Positions 49,521 to 60,440 are shown, numbered from the stretch's first letter. The stretch: DNA of 64,000 nt from an uncultured Sulfolobales archaeon (GCA_938017505.1 CALIKV010000010.1:76720-140719); one strand, 5' to 3'. The notes: a model not told the origin generated them from the letters alone. Program-made: numbers and translations.

Positions 49521-50225
49521 CTACAGGTAACCACTCAGCTCAATCACCGACCCACTTAATTCCTGGGGGCATTCGCTTAAAATCCTCTTTATCAACCTTA
49601 CAACAACCTCCAGGTTCATCGATTTCTTAAGAACGCCTTCAGGCAACTTCTTAGATGGTACATCAACCCAGCCGAGAGCGATGCCGAAAACCCTAACGTT
49701 AGCGGGCACGTGGTTCTTCGCTTCCCTGACCACTGTGTGGATTGCTGCGGAGGACGCCAGGGTAGGCAATGATGGGGTTAAGCCTTCATAGACCTTAGAA
49801 CCCTTAATGGGGGTTAGGTCTGTAAGCACGATTATTGAGGAGCCTTCCCCCCTCATGAAGGAGGCCAACGCCCTGAGCAGGGTTAGAGGCACTACTACAT
49901 TCAGGTACGTAACTTCCTTGACGAGTTCCTCACTGAGGTCCTGGAACCTGGATTGATCGAAGACAGGCTCCATTATTATAGATGCGTCTAGTGAGTTGGT
50001 TAAAGCGCGCATCTTAGCGACCAGACTTTCAACCCCCTTACCCAGAAAGTCGTGCTTTATTAAGTGAACGTCACTCACCTCCCCCCTAAGAGAGCTTGAG
50101 AGAAGCTTTGCGAGCTCGTCGCATCCTCTATTACACTGAAGAATAAGCTCGTATTCACCGGCCAGTGAAAGGGCAACATGCCTCATCAGCTTACCTGAAG
50201 CCCCCATAATGAATAACTTACGCAT
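49521..50225 (-). CDS. SDR-fold protein lacking catalytic YxxxK
   Basis: IMGASG Rossmann start, NVRVFGIALGWVD, LSGSVIELSG. Confidence 0.7.
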   Translation of the reverse strand: MRKLFIMGASGKLMRHVALSLAGEYELILQCNRGCDELAKLLSSSLRGEVSDVHLIKHDFLGKGVESLVAKMRALTNSLDASIIMEPVFDQSRFQDLSEELVKEVTYLNVVVPLTLLRALASFMRGEGSSIIVLTDLTPIKGSKVYEGLTPSLPTLASSAAIHTVVREAKNHVPANVRVFGIALGWVDVPSKKLPEGVLKKSMNLEVVVRLIKRILSECPQELSGSVIELSGYL

Positions 50226-50226
50226 T

Positions 50227-51141
50227 TTAGGACCTCATTAAGAACTTGACTAAGAACAGCCCGTAGACGCATGAGGTTAGGGGGTCAGTCCTTAGGCGTA
50301 GCGAGAACACCTCAGCGTTACGGCTAACAGCCAACGCCTTCACAGGCCTTAACGAGTACTCCTCAACGTCCGTAGTTATTAGGAGCACTCTCCCCACCCT
50401 CTCCACGAGCTTAGGTACAGCCTCAGGCTGGACTAGATGAGCAGTGACTAGATACCCGTATGCGAGCTCCTCCGCAACCCCCCACATAGAGGGGCTGGCG
50501 GTGATGATGAAGGGCCTCCCTAGGAAGGCTTTCAGCTCCTCTAGGACTCCGCTGTAGGACCGTAGGAGTTCCCCAAGCACAGCAACATCAATGGTCTCTA
50601 GCTCGCTCAATATCCTCGATTTACGTACGGAATCCCTCCCAGCCAAGTTGCCCGCCGCAAGTGACGCCACTACATGCGTATCAATCAACCACTCCTGAGT
50701 GTCCAGATCAACTACCTTATTCACCCCTAACCTGTACTTCAGCTCCTCACTAAGGGCTCTCTGAGAGACAACCAGTACTTCGTGGTTAGTCCACGTCAGT
50801 TGGTCGATTAATAAGCTCAGGGTGTGAAGACCTTCGCTCGAGGAATAAACCAGTATTTTCGATTCCCTGCCCTCATCGTAGGGGGCTATATAATACATCA
50901 GGTCCTCAGGACCTACGTACTTAACGTCTTTATCGGTTATGGAGGAGAAAGCTATTGCCGTGTACCTAGCCGGCGACTCATAAGGGTCGCATGTAGTGGT
51001 AATTACTTTACTAGCGTCCTTAATGAAGCCAGCGACCACTGAGGCATGGACTTTTAAGTTGTTAACTCTCTCCTTACTTAACGTACTGGCTAACTCCTCT
51101 ACTAGACCAGAGAGTCCCTTAGACTCGTCTCGCACAAACAC
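50227..51141 (-). CDS. degenerate SIS-domain protein
   Basis: 304-aa ORF coupled to MTAP; two alpha/beta repeats resembling SIS domains. Confidence 0.5.
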   Translation of the reverse strand: MFVRDESKGLSGLVEELASTLSKERVNNLKVHASVVAGFIKDASKVITTTCDPYESPARYTAIAFSSITDKDVKYVGPEDLMYYIAPYDEGRESKILVYSSSEGLHTLSLLIDQLTWTNHEVLVVSQRALSEELKYRLGVNKVVDLDTQEWLIDTHVVASLAAGNLAGRDSVRKSRILSELETIDVAVLGELLRSYSGVLEELKAFLGRPFIITASPSMWGVAEELAYGYLVTAHLVQPEAVPKLVERVGRVLLITTDVEEYSLRPVKALAVSRNAEVFSLRLRTDPLTSCVYGLFLVKFLMRS

Positions 51142-51926
51142 CCCACCCTCTCATCAGGTCCGGGCAACCTAGGTATCAGCTCCGCCAGTATCCTTTTAGC
51201 CTTCTCCACGTTCTCGGACATCACCCTAGCCACCTCCTCAGCGGTGACAGGCTTCTCCGCCCACACATCGTAGTCGGTTACCAGCGCTATTGTAGCGTAA
51301 TGCATTTCAGCTTCCCTGGCCAGGTTAACCTCGGGGACCAAAGTCATGCCAACCACATCGGCCTTAAAGACCTCCTTCCAGACCCTGGACTCAGCTCTGG
51401 AAGAGAATCTCGGACCCTCTATACAGACGTAGGTCCCTCTGGGATGTATCCTCACGTTTAGGGACTGAGCTACCGACGTGATTAAAGTCCTCAACGTCGG
51501 GCAGAAAGGATCAGCCAAGCTCACATGAGCTACGACAGGTCCGTTGAAGAAGCTATACTCCCTCTTCTTGGTCATATCTATGAACTGGTCAGGAACGACC
51601 AGGTCCCCAGGCATGAAGTCCTCCCTAAGTGATCCTACAGCTGACACAGCCACAACCCACTTCGTCCCCAATGACTTAAGAGCCCAGACGTTAGCACGAT
51701 AATTAATTTTGTGGGGAGGTATCTTATGACCCCTGCCATGTCGGGGGATGAAAGCGATGGATCTGCCCTTGTAGGTACCAACCATCACATTATCAGAGGG
51801 ATTCCCATAAGGCGTGTATATTTTAAACTCCTTAACGCTCTCAAACATCCCTGGGTCGTAGAGACCGCTACCGCCGATAATGCCTATCTCGACCTTAGTA
51901 GGAGGCTTAACTAGCACACGAACCAC
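51102..51926 (-). CDS. mtnP: 5'-methylthioadenosine phosphorylase
   Basis: [40 protein letters not shown]. Confidence 0.95.
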   Translation of the reverse strand: MVRVLVKPPTKVEIGIIGGSGLYDPGMFESVKEFKIYTPYGNPSDNVMVGTYKGRSIAFIPRHGRGHKIPPHKINYRANVWALKSLGTKWVVAVSAVGSLREDFMPGDLVVPDQFIDMTKKREYSFFNGPVVAHVSLADPFCPTLRTLITSVAQSLNVRIHPRGTYVCIEGPRFSSRAESRVWKEVFKADVVGMTLVPEVNLAREAEMHYATIALVTDYDVWAEKPVTAEEVARVMSENVEKAKRILAELIPRLPGPDERVGCLCETSLRDSLV

Positions 51927-52058
51927 CCAAGTATTCTAGTAAGTTAATGTTTAAATAATTCCTCGAGCATTCCCCCTACCTTATAATAACGGATCCTTCA
52001 GAATAAACCCATGCCTATAATTTTAAAGCGTCATCAGCCAACGACCACGCAAGTATTG

Positions 52059-52277
52059 TTAACCGGCATACTCCCTCCTCTTGCGGGCAGTCACCAGCTT
52101 TGTGAATAAGCCGTAAAACCCGAGTACGAGACCGGCTAGCGATATCGCATAAGCGAATATTGAAAGCAGTATGTTCGGTGATATTGTTTGAATTACCATC
52201 AGGAAAGTCAGCACCCACCCCCCTGCAAGTAGGAGGAGGCCGATGGCGATGTAGAGGGATTCATCACTTACTCGCAT
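52059..52277 (-). CDS. small two-TM membrane protein at end of peptide ABC operon
   Basis: 72 aa, two hydrophobic helices, overlaps the oppF stop. Confidence 0.7.
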   Translation of the reverse strand: MRVSDESLYIAIGLLLLAGGWVLTFLMVIQTISPNILLSIFAYAISLAGLVLGFYGLFTKLVTARKRREYAG

Positions 52278-53268
52278 AGAGCCAACACTTCACATAGTGT
52301 TCAGACGTTATCTTCGTCATGGGCGGTTCCTGCGTCTTGCAGACTTCCATCACGTGAGGACATCTTGGGTGGAGCCTACAACCACTCGGCGGTCTCATCA
52401 AGTTCGGCGGTTCCCCACGCAAAGTCTCCCTGACTCTAAACCTGTTTGACGGGTCTGGATCTGGTATCACGTTAATTAACGCGGTTGTATACGGGTGTTT
52501 CGGCCTTGCTATTATATCAAGCGCTGGGCCTACCTCTACAATCTGCCCGGCATACATAACTGCTATGCGGTCTGAGAAATACTTCGCCGTCGAGAAGTCG
52601 TGGGTAATATAAACTATCGAGAGGTTGTATTTCCTCTGTAAATCCTTGAAGAGAGTCAACGTTTCGATTCTGACGGAGGCGTCGAGCATTGAGACAGGTT
52701 CGTCAGCTACCACGAGCTTCGGTCTCAGGATTAGTGCTCTTGCTATCGCAACTCTCTGGAGTTGACCGCCGCTGAGCATGTGCGGGTACTTATTAATGAA
52801 GTCCTCAGGCGGTGTTAGCCTGACGTCCTCAAGAGCCTCTATCACTCGTTCTAACCTGGGTTTCTCGTTATACCTATGTATTATGAGAGGTTCCTCAAGG
52901 ATTTTCTTGACGCTCATGAACGAGGGCACGGCCCCGTACGGATCCTGCTGCACCATCCCAGTCTCCCTTCTATACCACTTCAGTCTTCTTTCACTCAACT
53001 TAGTTATATTGGCGTTTTCATAGAGTATCTCACCGCTTGTCAGTCTAACGAGTCTTAAAATGGCCTTACCAAGCGTGGTCTTACCGCAACCGCTCTCGCC
53101 GACTATCGCGTATATCTCCCCTCTCCTCACGGCCACAGACACTCCGTCAACGGCTTTAACGTATCCCGTGATTGTGAGGAGTTTCCTTACAGGATACCAT
53201 ACCTTCAAATCCTTAATCGCCAGGAGCACGTCCTCGCGCACGGTAGTCAAAGTGCTACTTGCCTGCAT
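52264..53268 (-). CDS. oppF: peptide ABC transporter ATP-binding protein (OppF-like)
   Basis: GESGCGKTT, LSGGQ, DEPVSMLD. Confidence 0.9.
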   Translation of the reverse strand: MQASSTLTTVREDVLLAIKDLKVWYPVRKLLTITGYVKAVDGVSVAVRRGEIYAIVGESGCGKTTLGKAILRLVRLTSGEILYENANITKLSERRLKWYRRETGMVQQDPYGAVPSFMSVKKILEEPLIIHRYNEKPRLERVIEALEDVRLTPPEDFINKYPHMLSGGQLQRVAIARALILRPKLVVADEPVSMLDASVRIETLTLFKDLQRKYNLSIVYITHDFSTAKYFSDRIAVMYAGQIVEVGPALDIIARPKHPYTTALINVIPDPDPSNRFRVRETLRGEPPNLMRPPSGCRLHPRCPHVMEVCKTQEPPMTKITSEHYVKCWLYASK

Positions 53269-54214
53269 ATAGCCAACACCTCACGTACGAGTTCCGGTTG
53301 AGCTTTATTAGAGGAGGTCTCTCGCCGCAGACAGGCATCGCGAAAGGACACCTCGGTCTGAAACGACATCCTGGAGGCGGGTTTATCAGGCTTGGCGGAG
53401 CTCCTGGGACAAACGTAGGCGCTTTATTCTCATGGAGACGTGGAACGCTTGACAGCAATGCCTTGGCGTACGGGTGGAGCGGTTCAACGTAGACGGTCTC
53501 AGACCGGTTCAGCTCCACGACCTCGCCAGCGTACATCACGGCAACATGATCGGCGATCTCACTTGATATCCCTATGTCGTGCGTGATGAAAATGAAGGAT
53601 ATTCCGGTCTTGCTCCTGAGATCCTTCAGCAGACCCAAGATATTTGCTTGCGTCATTACGTCGAGAGCTGATGTGGGTTCATCCAGTATCACTATGTTAG
53701 GCCTCGTTATTAGGGCAAGCGCTATGACTACCCTCTGCCTCATCCCACCGCTCAATTCGAAAGGATATCGCCATAAGAACTCCTCCGAAAGACCTACTAG
53801 ACCGACCATGTTGCGGGCAGCCTCAATAGCTTCCCCTTTACTAACGCCCTTGTGTAGGACGAGCGGCTCTATTAAGTGATCTACAACCCTGACAACTGGA
53901 TTAAGTGAATTCATGGCTGCCTGTGAAACGTACGAGACCTTAATCCATCTAACCCTCTCGTCAAACTCGCTGTCGCTTAGGTTCATGACGTCAACGCCGT
54001 CGATCACCACGCTTCCCTTATAAACGGCTACGTTCCTCGGTAAGAACCTCAGTATAGCTCTAGCCAGCGAGCTCTTACCACACCCGGACTCACCTATAAC
54101 TGCTAGGCTCTCGCCCTGATCCACAGCGAAAGTGACGTCATCAACGGCCCTGACTATGCCACGCATAGTTCTGAAGTAGAGATGTAGGTTCTTCACTTCC
54201 ATGAGCGCTGGCAT
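53255..54214 (-). CDS. oppD: peptide ABC transporter ATP-binding protein (OppD-like)
   Basis: GESGCGKSS, LSGGMRQR, DEPTSALD. Confidence 0.9.
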   Translation of the reverse strand: MPALMEVKNLHLYFRTMRGIVRAVDDVTFAVDQGESLAVIGESGCGKSSLARAILRFLPRNVAVYKGSVVIDGVDVMNLSDSEFDERVRWIKVSYVSQAAMNSLNPVVRVVDHLIEPLVLHKGVSKGEAIEAARNMVGLVGLSEEFLWRYPFELSGGMRQRVVIALALITRPNIVILDEPTSALDVMTQANILGLLKDLRSKTGISFIFITHDIGISSEIADHVAVMYAGEVVELNRSETVYVEPLHPYAKALLSSVPRLHENKAPTFVPGAPPSLINPPPGCRFRPRCPFAMPVCGERPPLIKLNRNSYVRCWLYAGK

Positions 54215-54216
54215 CT

Positions 54217-55623
54217 TTACATCTCCCTCAGCCTTGGATTGAATATCTTGTCTAGGGTGAAGCCTATGAGCGCGAAGCCCAGCGTCAACAGGACAAGGCA
54301 GAAAGCAGGTTCTAGGATCCAGTGATAGTAACCCCTGTACACAGCACCGCCGCTAAACGCCTCGTCTAATACTTTCCCCCAGGTTATGGCGGTCGGGTCG
54401 CCCACCCCTAATATAGCTAGGGCAGCCTCTAGAAAAACGTATGACGGGACTGACAATATGATGCTGGGAATCGTCGTAGGAAGTATTTTCGGGATCATGT
54501 AACGGAACACGATCCTGAGGTCACTGGCCCCGTAAGCCCTAGTGGCCTCTATGTATGGCATCTCCTTTATTTGAAGGAACATAGCCCTATAGACCTTCAC
54601 ACCGCTGCCGAAGATGCTTAACGCGATCACTATCACGAGCAACGTCCATATAGTGAATCGGTAGAAATACGATATCATCACCACGATCGGGAGGAACGGC
54701 AACACAAGCATTATTTCGTTAACTCTTTGAGTCATGTAATCAACCCACCTACCGTACCACGCGCTCACAGCAGCTATGATCATCTCCAGAAACACTGTGA
54801 CAACCGAAGCGATGATGCCGAAGGCCAACGCGATGGGAGCCCCCCATATAATAGCCAACCACAGATCCCTCCTCTTGTGATCAGTGCCTGCCAAACCGAA
54901 GACCCTCCCGTAAACGTTCAGTTTAATATCTACATCAGTTGCGTTGTTGGGTGATGAGACCACCAATACAACCCTGTATCTCCCCTTTAAAACCTCTCTA
55001 GTGTCAGGTGATAGAATGCTCTTGTCCTCCTTCGCGAATAAAGCGATTTCCGGGCTTATGTCGTAAGCGGGACTCTCTCCAAGCTTCTCCTTGATGTACT
55101 TGGCGTATTGAGCTTGGAACGCCCTATCAGCTGACACCGAGTAATACCTGTATTCACTACTTAACGACTCACGCATTATAGTGAGTTCCGTCCCGTCAGG
55201 CTTAACCCACGTTAACGTTACCAACACCGCTTGCGTGATGTTGCGTGCATAGAACCTCAAAGCTAGTTCTGACGGGAACTCATCGTATTCAAAGCTGAAG
55301 GGTATTTCTATCTTTATATATACACCGCCTCCGAACGGTATCGGTTGCTTTACCTTAATACCTTCAGCCCTGGAGTCTAGCACTATGGTTTCCGGGAGTT
55401 TTTTAGTGAGGAAGTTATTTACCCATGCTGGATACGCTAGCTTCGGGCAATCCTCCCAGTAATCTAAGGTATTCCAAGCCTTAACCGCCTTATCATACGG
55501 CATTGCCACGACGGCGTAGATTGATATGGCTATAAAAACCACGATTATTACCGTCCCAGCCAGCAATGACTTGTAGCGGAACGTGGGTTGCAAAGCAGTT
55601 TTAATCCTGCCTGTCAAGATCAC
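54217..55623 (-). CDS. oppC: peptide ABC transporter permease (OppC-like)
   Basis: GTD..RD, EAA-loop YIEATRAYGAS, TM segments. Confidence 0.9.
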   Translation of the reverse strand: MILTGRIKTALQPTFRYKSLLAGTVIIVVFIAISIYAVVAMPYDKAVKAWNTLDYWEDCPKLAYPAWVNNFLTKKLPETIVLDSRAEGIKVKQPIPFGGGVYIKIEIPFSFEYDEFPSELALRFYARNITQAVLVTLTWVKPDGTELTIMRESLSSEYRYYSVSADRAFQAQYAKYIKEKLGESPAYDISPEIALFAKEDKSILSPDTREVLKGRYRVVLVVSSPNNATDVDIKLNVYGRVFGLAGTDHKRRDLWLAIIWGAPIALAFGIIASVVTVFLEMIIAAVSAWYGRWVDYMTQRVNEIMLVLPFLPIVVMISYFYRFTIWTLLVIVIALSIFGSGVKVYRAMFLQIKEMPYIEATRAYGASDLRIVFRYMIPKILPTTIPSIILSVPSYVFLEAALAILGVGDPTAITWGKVLDEAFSGGAVYRGYYHWILEPAFCLVLLTLGFALIGFTLDKIFNPRLREM

Positions 55624-56696
55624 TCACCCACTTTTATTCTAGGGTCTACGAGCGCGTAGACTACGTCGAGAACTATTACGCTGACCCCAAGTAAGTACGC
55701 GAAAATAGTGGCCGTGCCTATTATCACAGGCGCGTCGTTTATACCTATTGCTTCGGCCATGAGAGTGCCCACCCCAGGCCAGTTAAACACCCTCTCAGTT
55801 ACTATAGCGCCCATCCATGATGATATCAAAACAAGCACGAAGTCAGTTATTATGGGGGGGAGAACGGGTCTGAGGACGTACTTTCGCTCTATTATCCTTG
55901 GAGGAACCCCTCTCGCTCTCGCATATTCCACATAATCCTCCATGGAAAACATCAGGAAGAAAGTCCTCATGCGATACGCGCCTATCGGTATGTAGGCAAC
56001 GCTCCAAGAGAGCAACGGCAACACCATGTGCTTTAACACGCTTAACGCGTAGAGCAACGGCTCCTCGGGAGGCGGTGCGTCGACCAGACCACCGTATGGC
56101 AGTACTCCAAACCATGACGCAAAAATTATTATCATGAATATGCCGTAAAACCATCCAGGCATCGATGACAGGGGTGCAAGCGATATGATTGTCTTGTCAA
56201 GCTTACTCCCGTATCTCCTCGATAGTAACAGTCCCAGGAGTAGCTCGCACGCGAATATCAGCACATTCGCGGTGGTGAACAATAGAACCGTTGTTGGCAG
56301 CCTCTCCCCTATTATATCCCACACTCTGTTTGAACCGCTAGAGCTGAACATCTTCATCGCTCTACCTAAGTTCAACGTAAGCGCGTTGTACAAGTAATTG
56401 AAGCTTCTAATTATGAAGTGCTGGTCGAGGCCCATTCTCTTGATCTCCTGCTCTATTATTCTCTCAGCAAGCTTCTTGATCTCCTCTGGAGGGTATCCTT
56501 TGTAAGCAGGGTTAGTGCGAAGGCTCTCATACACGTTGAATCTAAGCTCACTTATTACGATCTCATCCACATAGCCTCCGGCATTGGCGATTACGATGGT
56601 CAGGTATACAGCTACTATGATCGCTAACGCCACTGTGGCTGCTCTAAATCCAACGTAACGCCCGATCCTAGTAATCTTACTTCTCCCGAATCGCAG
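55620..56696 (-). CDS. oppB: peptide ABC transporter permease (OppB-like), extended to CTG 56696
   Basis: ERLPTT, EDYVEYARARG, E.VFNWPGVG, DPR; upstream in-frame RYVGFR segment. Confidence 0.88.
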   Translation of the reverse strand: MRFGRSKITRIGRYVGFRAATVALAIIVAVYLTIVIANAGGYVDEIVISELRFNVYESLRTNPAYKGYPPEEIKKLAERIIEQEIKRMGLDQHFIIRSFNYLYNALTLNLGRAMKMFSSSGSNRVWDIIGERLPTTVLLFTTANVLIFACELLLGLLLSRRYGSKLDKTIISLAPLSSMPGWFYGIFMIIIFASWFGVLPYGGLVDAPPPEEPLLYALSVLKHMVLPLLSWSVAYIPIGAYRMRTFFLMFSMEDYVEYARARGVPPRIIERKYVLRPVLPPIITDFVLVLISSWMGAIVTERVFNWPGVGTLMAEAIGINDAPVIIGTATIFAYLLGVSVIVLDVVYALVDPRIKVGE

Positions 56697-56772
56697 TGCA
56701 TCTCACCCTAAAAAAGTTTCAAGAATCTCCTTTTAAACCTTTAAGTTTGATTAAAAAACAAATCAAGTTAAT

Positions 56773-59499
56773 TTAAGTCTTGGGCTTCCTACCCATCAAA
56801 ACTGCCACAACGCCAACTACTAAACTCACTATGCTAAGTCCGATGGCTGCGTAAGCGACGGTCGCCAAGGACCCTACCTGGTCTTGAACGCTCTTTACCT
56901 GAGAGCTTACTGCGTCGATCTTTGACTCTACACTGCCTATACGAGACCCTAAGCCGCTTACGTCACCGCGTACGGCGGCCACCTGCTCACCCACGTACCC
57001 TATCAGGCTCTTCACAGTGAAAGTCGTTTTAACTATCGTGGGTGTGCCAACGAGCTTGGATACTGCTACGACAACCAGTTCTGCCGTTCCCTCCTCTAGG
57101 GCTCCTGTCTCATCAGGTCCTAGTCTGATCTCGTACAAGCCGTCTCTCACAGCTTCAGCATAGCCGACAAACTTTCCTCCAGGATGTATTATAAGGTATT
57201 TAACGTAGAATATATCATCGACACTATACGGCTGCCCATGGAAGCTCACTCTCACACCAGTAGTTAGGGGTTGTGTCTGTATAATGGTCCCAATGGGGTC
57301 TATAGAGACCTCAGGAACCATGGGTTCGCCGAACTTAAGCCATTTATCGGCGGTGTCAACGTGTTCCCTATAGGCTTCAATCACTACTTGCTTCGCGACA
57401 GTGTCAACTACATCGAGGTAGAAGGGACCGTTGCCAACCCAGAAATGCCCCTTACTATTATACCAATTCATCAAGTTCTGGTATCTTGCCAGAACTTCAC
57501 TCGCCGACGCATATCTCCCTAGAACCTCCGCATACGGTATGAACCCTGTGTTAATCGCCTCCTGAAGCTTTTCCTTCAGTATTTCTAGAGACGGTCCTGC
57601 AATGTAGTTCATCCAGTCAACTCCTAACCTGTCTGCTTTATCTGCGCTGAACGCCAGCCTCTGCTCCGCCTCAGCCAGATACCCTATCGCGAGGGCGTGC
57701 CAGGGAGCTGCACCCTGACTGTAATAAGGCCAGAATCCGTCGGCGCCTGCCTCGGCGATCCATTCAGCGTCTTCGTACCAAACATCTGTGTAGTATTCTA
57801 TTACGAACGGATTCTCACTCACTATCTTGAAGCCCTTGAACGTCTCCATAAATGCTTCATAATCTGGAACGTAAGCCTCGTCGTAGATAGGACTTGCGGG
57901 ATCAGCCCTGTCATGAGTTATTATGAATGCAAAGACTATATCGGCAATGCTGAACTGGCTGCCGTCATGCCACTTGTACTGCCCAGAGAATAATTTATCA
58001 TCGTAATGTACAACTATTTTCGCATTTGCATTAACATTCTCACCTAGAGCCTCCTTAACAGTTATTATCTTTTTCTGAGAGGCATCCCACTTATACCACG
58101 CATCGCCAGGCACCTTTACCTCGCTAACTTTTATTAACGAGACCCAGTCCAGCGTCTTACGTACAGGGAGCTCCTCATTCACGTAAACCTCTGCTTTCTC
58201 GACTCTGTGCGGCCAGAAAAGACCGGTGTAGGGATCCGGTAACACTGCTGTCTCGCCTGTAGCCCGTATTATTGATTGATCGAATATCCAGTTAGTGCCT
58301 GCTATAGCGTTCCACGGTTCTACCAGCAAGCTAGGCATCAGGATCTTCACTTGACCACCAACTCTGTTCTCATACCTCAACGTCCAAGGCCATAGCCATG
58401 AGCCGGAGTAGCCGCCGGAAAGATCGTAGGCAATGCTAATCTCAGGTCTCCTTACCCACAGCGAAGTTAAGTGCACTAGCCATATCCTCTGGGACTCCTT
58501 CAGAGACAGGACTAAAGCCTTCGACATTAATTCGTCTCTCTCTTCGGCGGATTTATACATTTTATTATACAGTTTTTGAGCGACGCTGTAGAACTCTGGG
58601 TCATTCACATATGCCTGCCACAAAGGCTCTGGCCTTCCCATCTTAGTGTAGAAGTATCCGAAGTTATCCGCCTCGTCCCTAGATACTATGGTGGTTATCC
58701 ATCCTCCAGTGTACACGTGCCACTGGCCGTCAGCCGGGTTACCTCTAATCCAGTAGGGAGAGAGCTCGCGTGATGTACCGTATTTCCTCTCTACAGTGAA
58801 TCCCAGCTTCTCCAGCTGACTTGCTGTGTAATCGCCTATGGCTCTTCTAGCGTCCTCCGTTCTGATTAAGAATATTATTGTCACCGGCTCGCCTTTATAG
58901 TACCACTTACCGTCTCTATACACAGCGCCCATCTTCTGCATTTCCTCGAATATCATCGCCTTGCCCTTCTCGAAGTTGTACTTGTACGTGGACTCAACTT
59001 CATATATAACATCGGCGTATCGTGCGTAGTCCGGGAAGCTCGGCGTCAATGCGGTATACCTGGGGACGGCTAAGCCGCCCATTATATCGCTGGCTATGTA
59101 AGTCCTGTCTACGATGTAGTTCATAGCCTCTCTTATCTTCGCATTACTGAAGGGATTCAGCTTCCCTGTGGCGGGGAACTCAGGGCCGACGGGGTTGAAA
59201 GTTAGTTCGTAGTAGAGCCCGTATGAGAACTCGTATGAGAGGCCCTTCTCCTTAACGGTCTTGAATATGTTAGGGTCTGTTAGGTCGTCGAAGAACGCCT
59301 GAGCTTCATTTTTAACCAGCATTTCCACTACCTTATCCGGATCTGACTCCGTGTAGAACACTACCTCGTCAACCCAAGGACCTCTAGGCGCTTGCTGCGC
59401 TGACGTGAGGAGCGCAGACCCTAGCCCAACTACTATTGTTAGAGCCAACACCAACGCAATTACCTTGCTATACTTGAGAGTATTCATTACTGAATTCAC
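56773..59499 (-). CDS. oppA: peptide ABC transporter substrate-binding protein with C-terminal coiled coil and membrane anchor
   Basis: signal peptide, NPF...IREAMN..VDR, WHDG, GNGPF, heptad repeat and terminal TM helix. Confidence 0.9.
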   Translation of the reverse strand: MNSVMNTLKYSKVIALVLALTIVVGLGSALLTSAQQAPRGPWVDEVVFYTESDPDKVVEMLVKNEAQAFFDDLTDPNIFKTVKEKGLSYEFSYGLYYELTFNPVGPEFPATGKLNPFSNAKIREAMNYIVDRTYIASDIMGGLAVPRYTALTPSFPDYARYADVIYEVESTYKYNFEKGKAMIFEEMQKMGAVYRDGKWYYKGEPVTIIFLIRTEDARRAIGDYTASQLEKLGFTVERKYGTSRELSPYWIRGNPADGQWHVYTGGWITTIVSRDEADNFGYFYTKMGRPEPLWQAYVNDPEFYSVAQKLYNKMYKSAEERDELMSKALVLSLKESQRIWLVHLTSLWVRRPEISIAYDLSGGYSGSWLWPWTLRYENRVGGQVKILMPSLLVEPWNAIAGTNWIFDQSIIRATGETAVLPDPYTGLFWPHRVEKAEVYVNEELPVRKTLDWVSLIKVSEVKVPGDAWYKWDASQKKIITVKEALGENVNANAKIVVHYDDKLFSGQYKWHDGSQFSIADIVFAFIITHDRADPASPIYDEAYVPDYEAFMETFKGFKIVSENPFVIEYYTDVWYEDAEWIAEAGADGFWPYYSQGAAPWHALAIGYLAEAEQRLAFSADKADRLGVDWMNYIAGPSLEILKEKLQEAINTGFIPYAEVLGRYASASEVLARYQNLMNWYNSKGHFWVGNGPFYLDVVDTVAKQVVIEAYREHVDTADKWLKFGEPMVPEVSIDPIGTIIQTQPLTTGVRVSFHGQPYSVDDIFYVKYLIIHPGGKFVGYAEAVRDGLYEIRLGPDETGALEEGTAELVVVAVSKLVGTPTIVKTTFTVKSLIGYVGEQVAAVRGDVSGLGSRIGSVESKIDAVSSQVKSVQDQVGSLATVAYAAIGLSIVSLVVGVVAVLMGRKPKT

Positions 59500-59509
59500 C
59501 TCAAGGTAT

Positions 59510-59526
59510 TATTGTGCTTGACAATA
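59510..59526. promoter_or_regulatory. inverted repeat overlapping the oppA promoter (candidate operator)
   Basis: TATTGT-N5-ACAATA overlapping the minus-strand TTTATA at 59530-59525. Confidence 0.35.
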
Positions 59527-59716
59527 TAAATCTTTAACCACTTCAACGCTGATGTACTTAGCTTGGTGCGGATGGGATTTACTCACAAATTTACCGGTGA
59601 AATCCTTAACTTATAGTACATTCATCTTTTTAGCCCGAAATAAATCGTGTGAAAGCTTCCTCTTTTAGTTTCCCAGTTAACTGTGAAATCTCCGTTTGCC
59701 GCGTCTACGGCGGCTC

Positions 59717-60187
59717 TCATCGATGGCGAGCGTGATGGCAGCCTTCCGTAAGTTCCTCAAGTCTATCTTGCCTATACGCCTCAATAACTTCTTTAATGGT
59801 GTCCGCGTTAGCCTTTAACACAGCCACTCCAGCCTCTTGGAAAACGCTCAGTGCTTGTGGTCCCATCCCGTAAGCGATTATGGCATTAGGTTTGAATCGT
59901 AGGAGGCGGTGTGGTGGACGTCCAGCCCCGCCGAAATGCTCACTTTCATTGGGCATCGCTTGGACGTTTGAAACGCTGCCGTCTTCGTCCAACTCCACGA
60001 CAATGAAGTACGGCGCTCTCCCAAAATGCTCCGAAAGCCTTGCGTCAAGCCCATTTCCATCCTCAGCCGGAATAACTATCCTCTCCTTCAACTTCTCACC
60101 TCCATCTTTTCTAGAGACTTGTAATAATTTTAATCTTTCCCGCCCTAACCTCTCGGGCTTTCCCCTATCTTCACGCACGCCCTCCAC
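59717..60187 (-). CDS. NifB/NifX-family (FeMo-cofactor-binding-like) protein; true start probably TTG near 60091
   Basis: HFGRAPYF, MGPQA...F..AGV, C-terminal CHH. Confidence 0.85.
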   Translation of the reverse strand: MEGVREDRGKPERLGRERLKLLQVSRKDGGEKLKERIVIPAEDGNGLDARLSEHFGRAPYFIVVELDEDGSVSNVQAMPNESEHFGGAGRPPHRLLRFKPNAIIAYGMGPQALSVFQEAGVAVLKANADTIKEVIEAYRQDRLEELTEGCHHARHR

Positions 60188-60440
60188 GGACTCTAAAACG
60201 TATACTCGCGGTACTCGTACAGTGGTTCAAAAATCCAGGTGCCGCGCTCCACGCGACTCCGCATGGCATGCGGCTAGAAAACTGTGCGGTGGGGAACTCG
60301 AAGAGGGTGATGTTTTATGACACAGTGGCGAAGGCATACCACCGCTATCCTTGTACAGCTACAATGAGGCTCATAAGCGACTGTGACGTGTTGACTTTGA
60401 ATCTGGGGTATGGTGACTACACCGGGACTAGAAGTATTAG

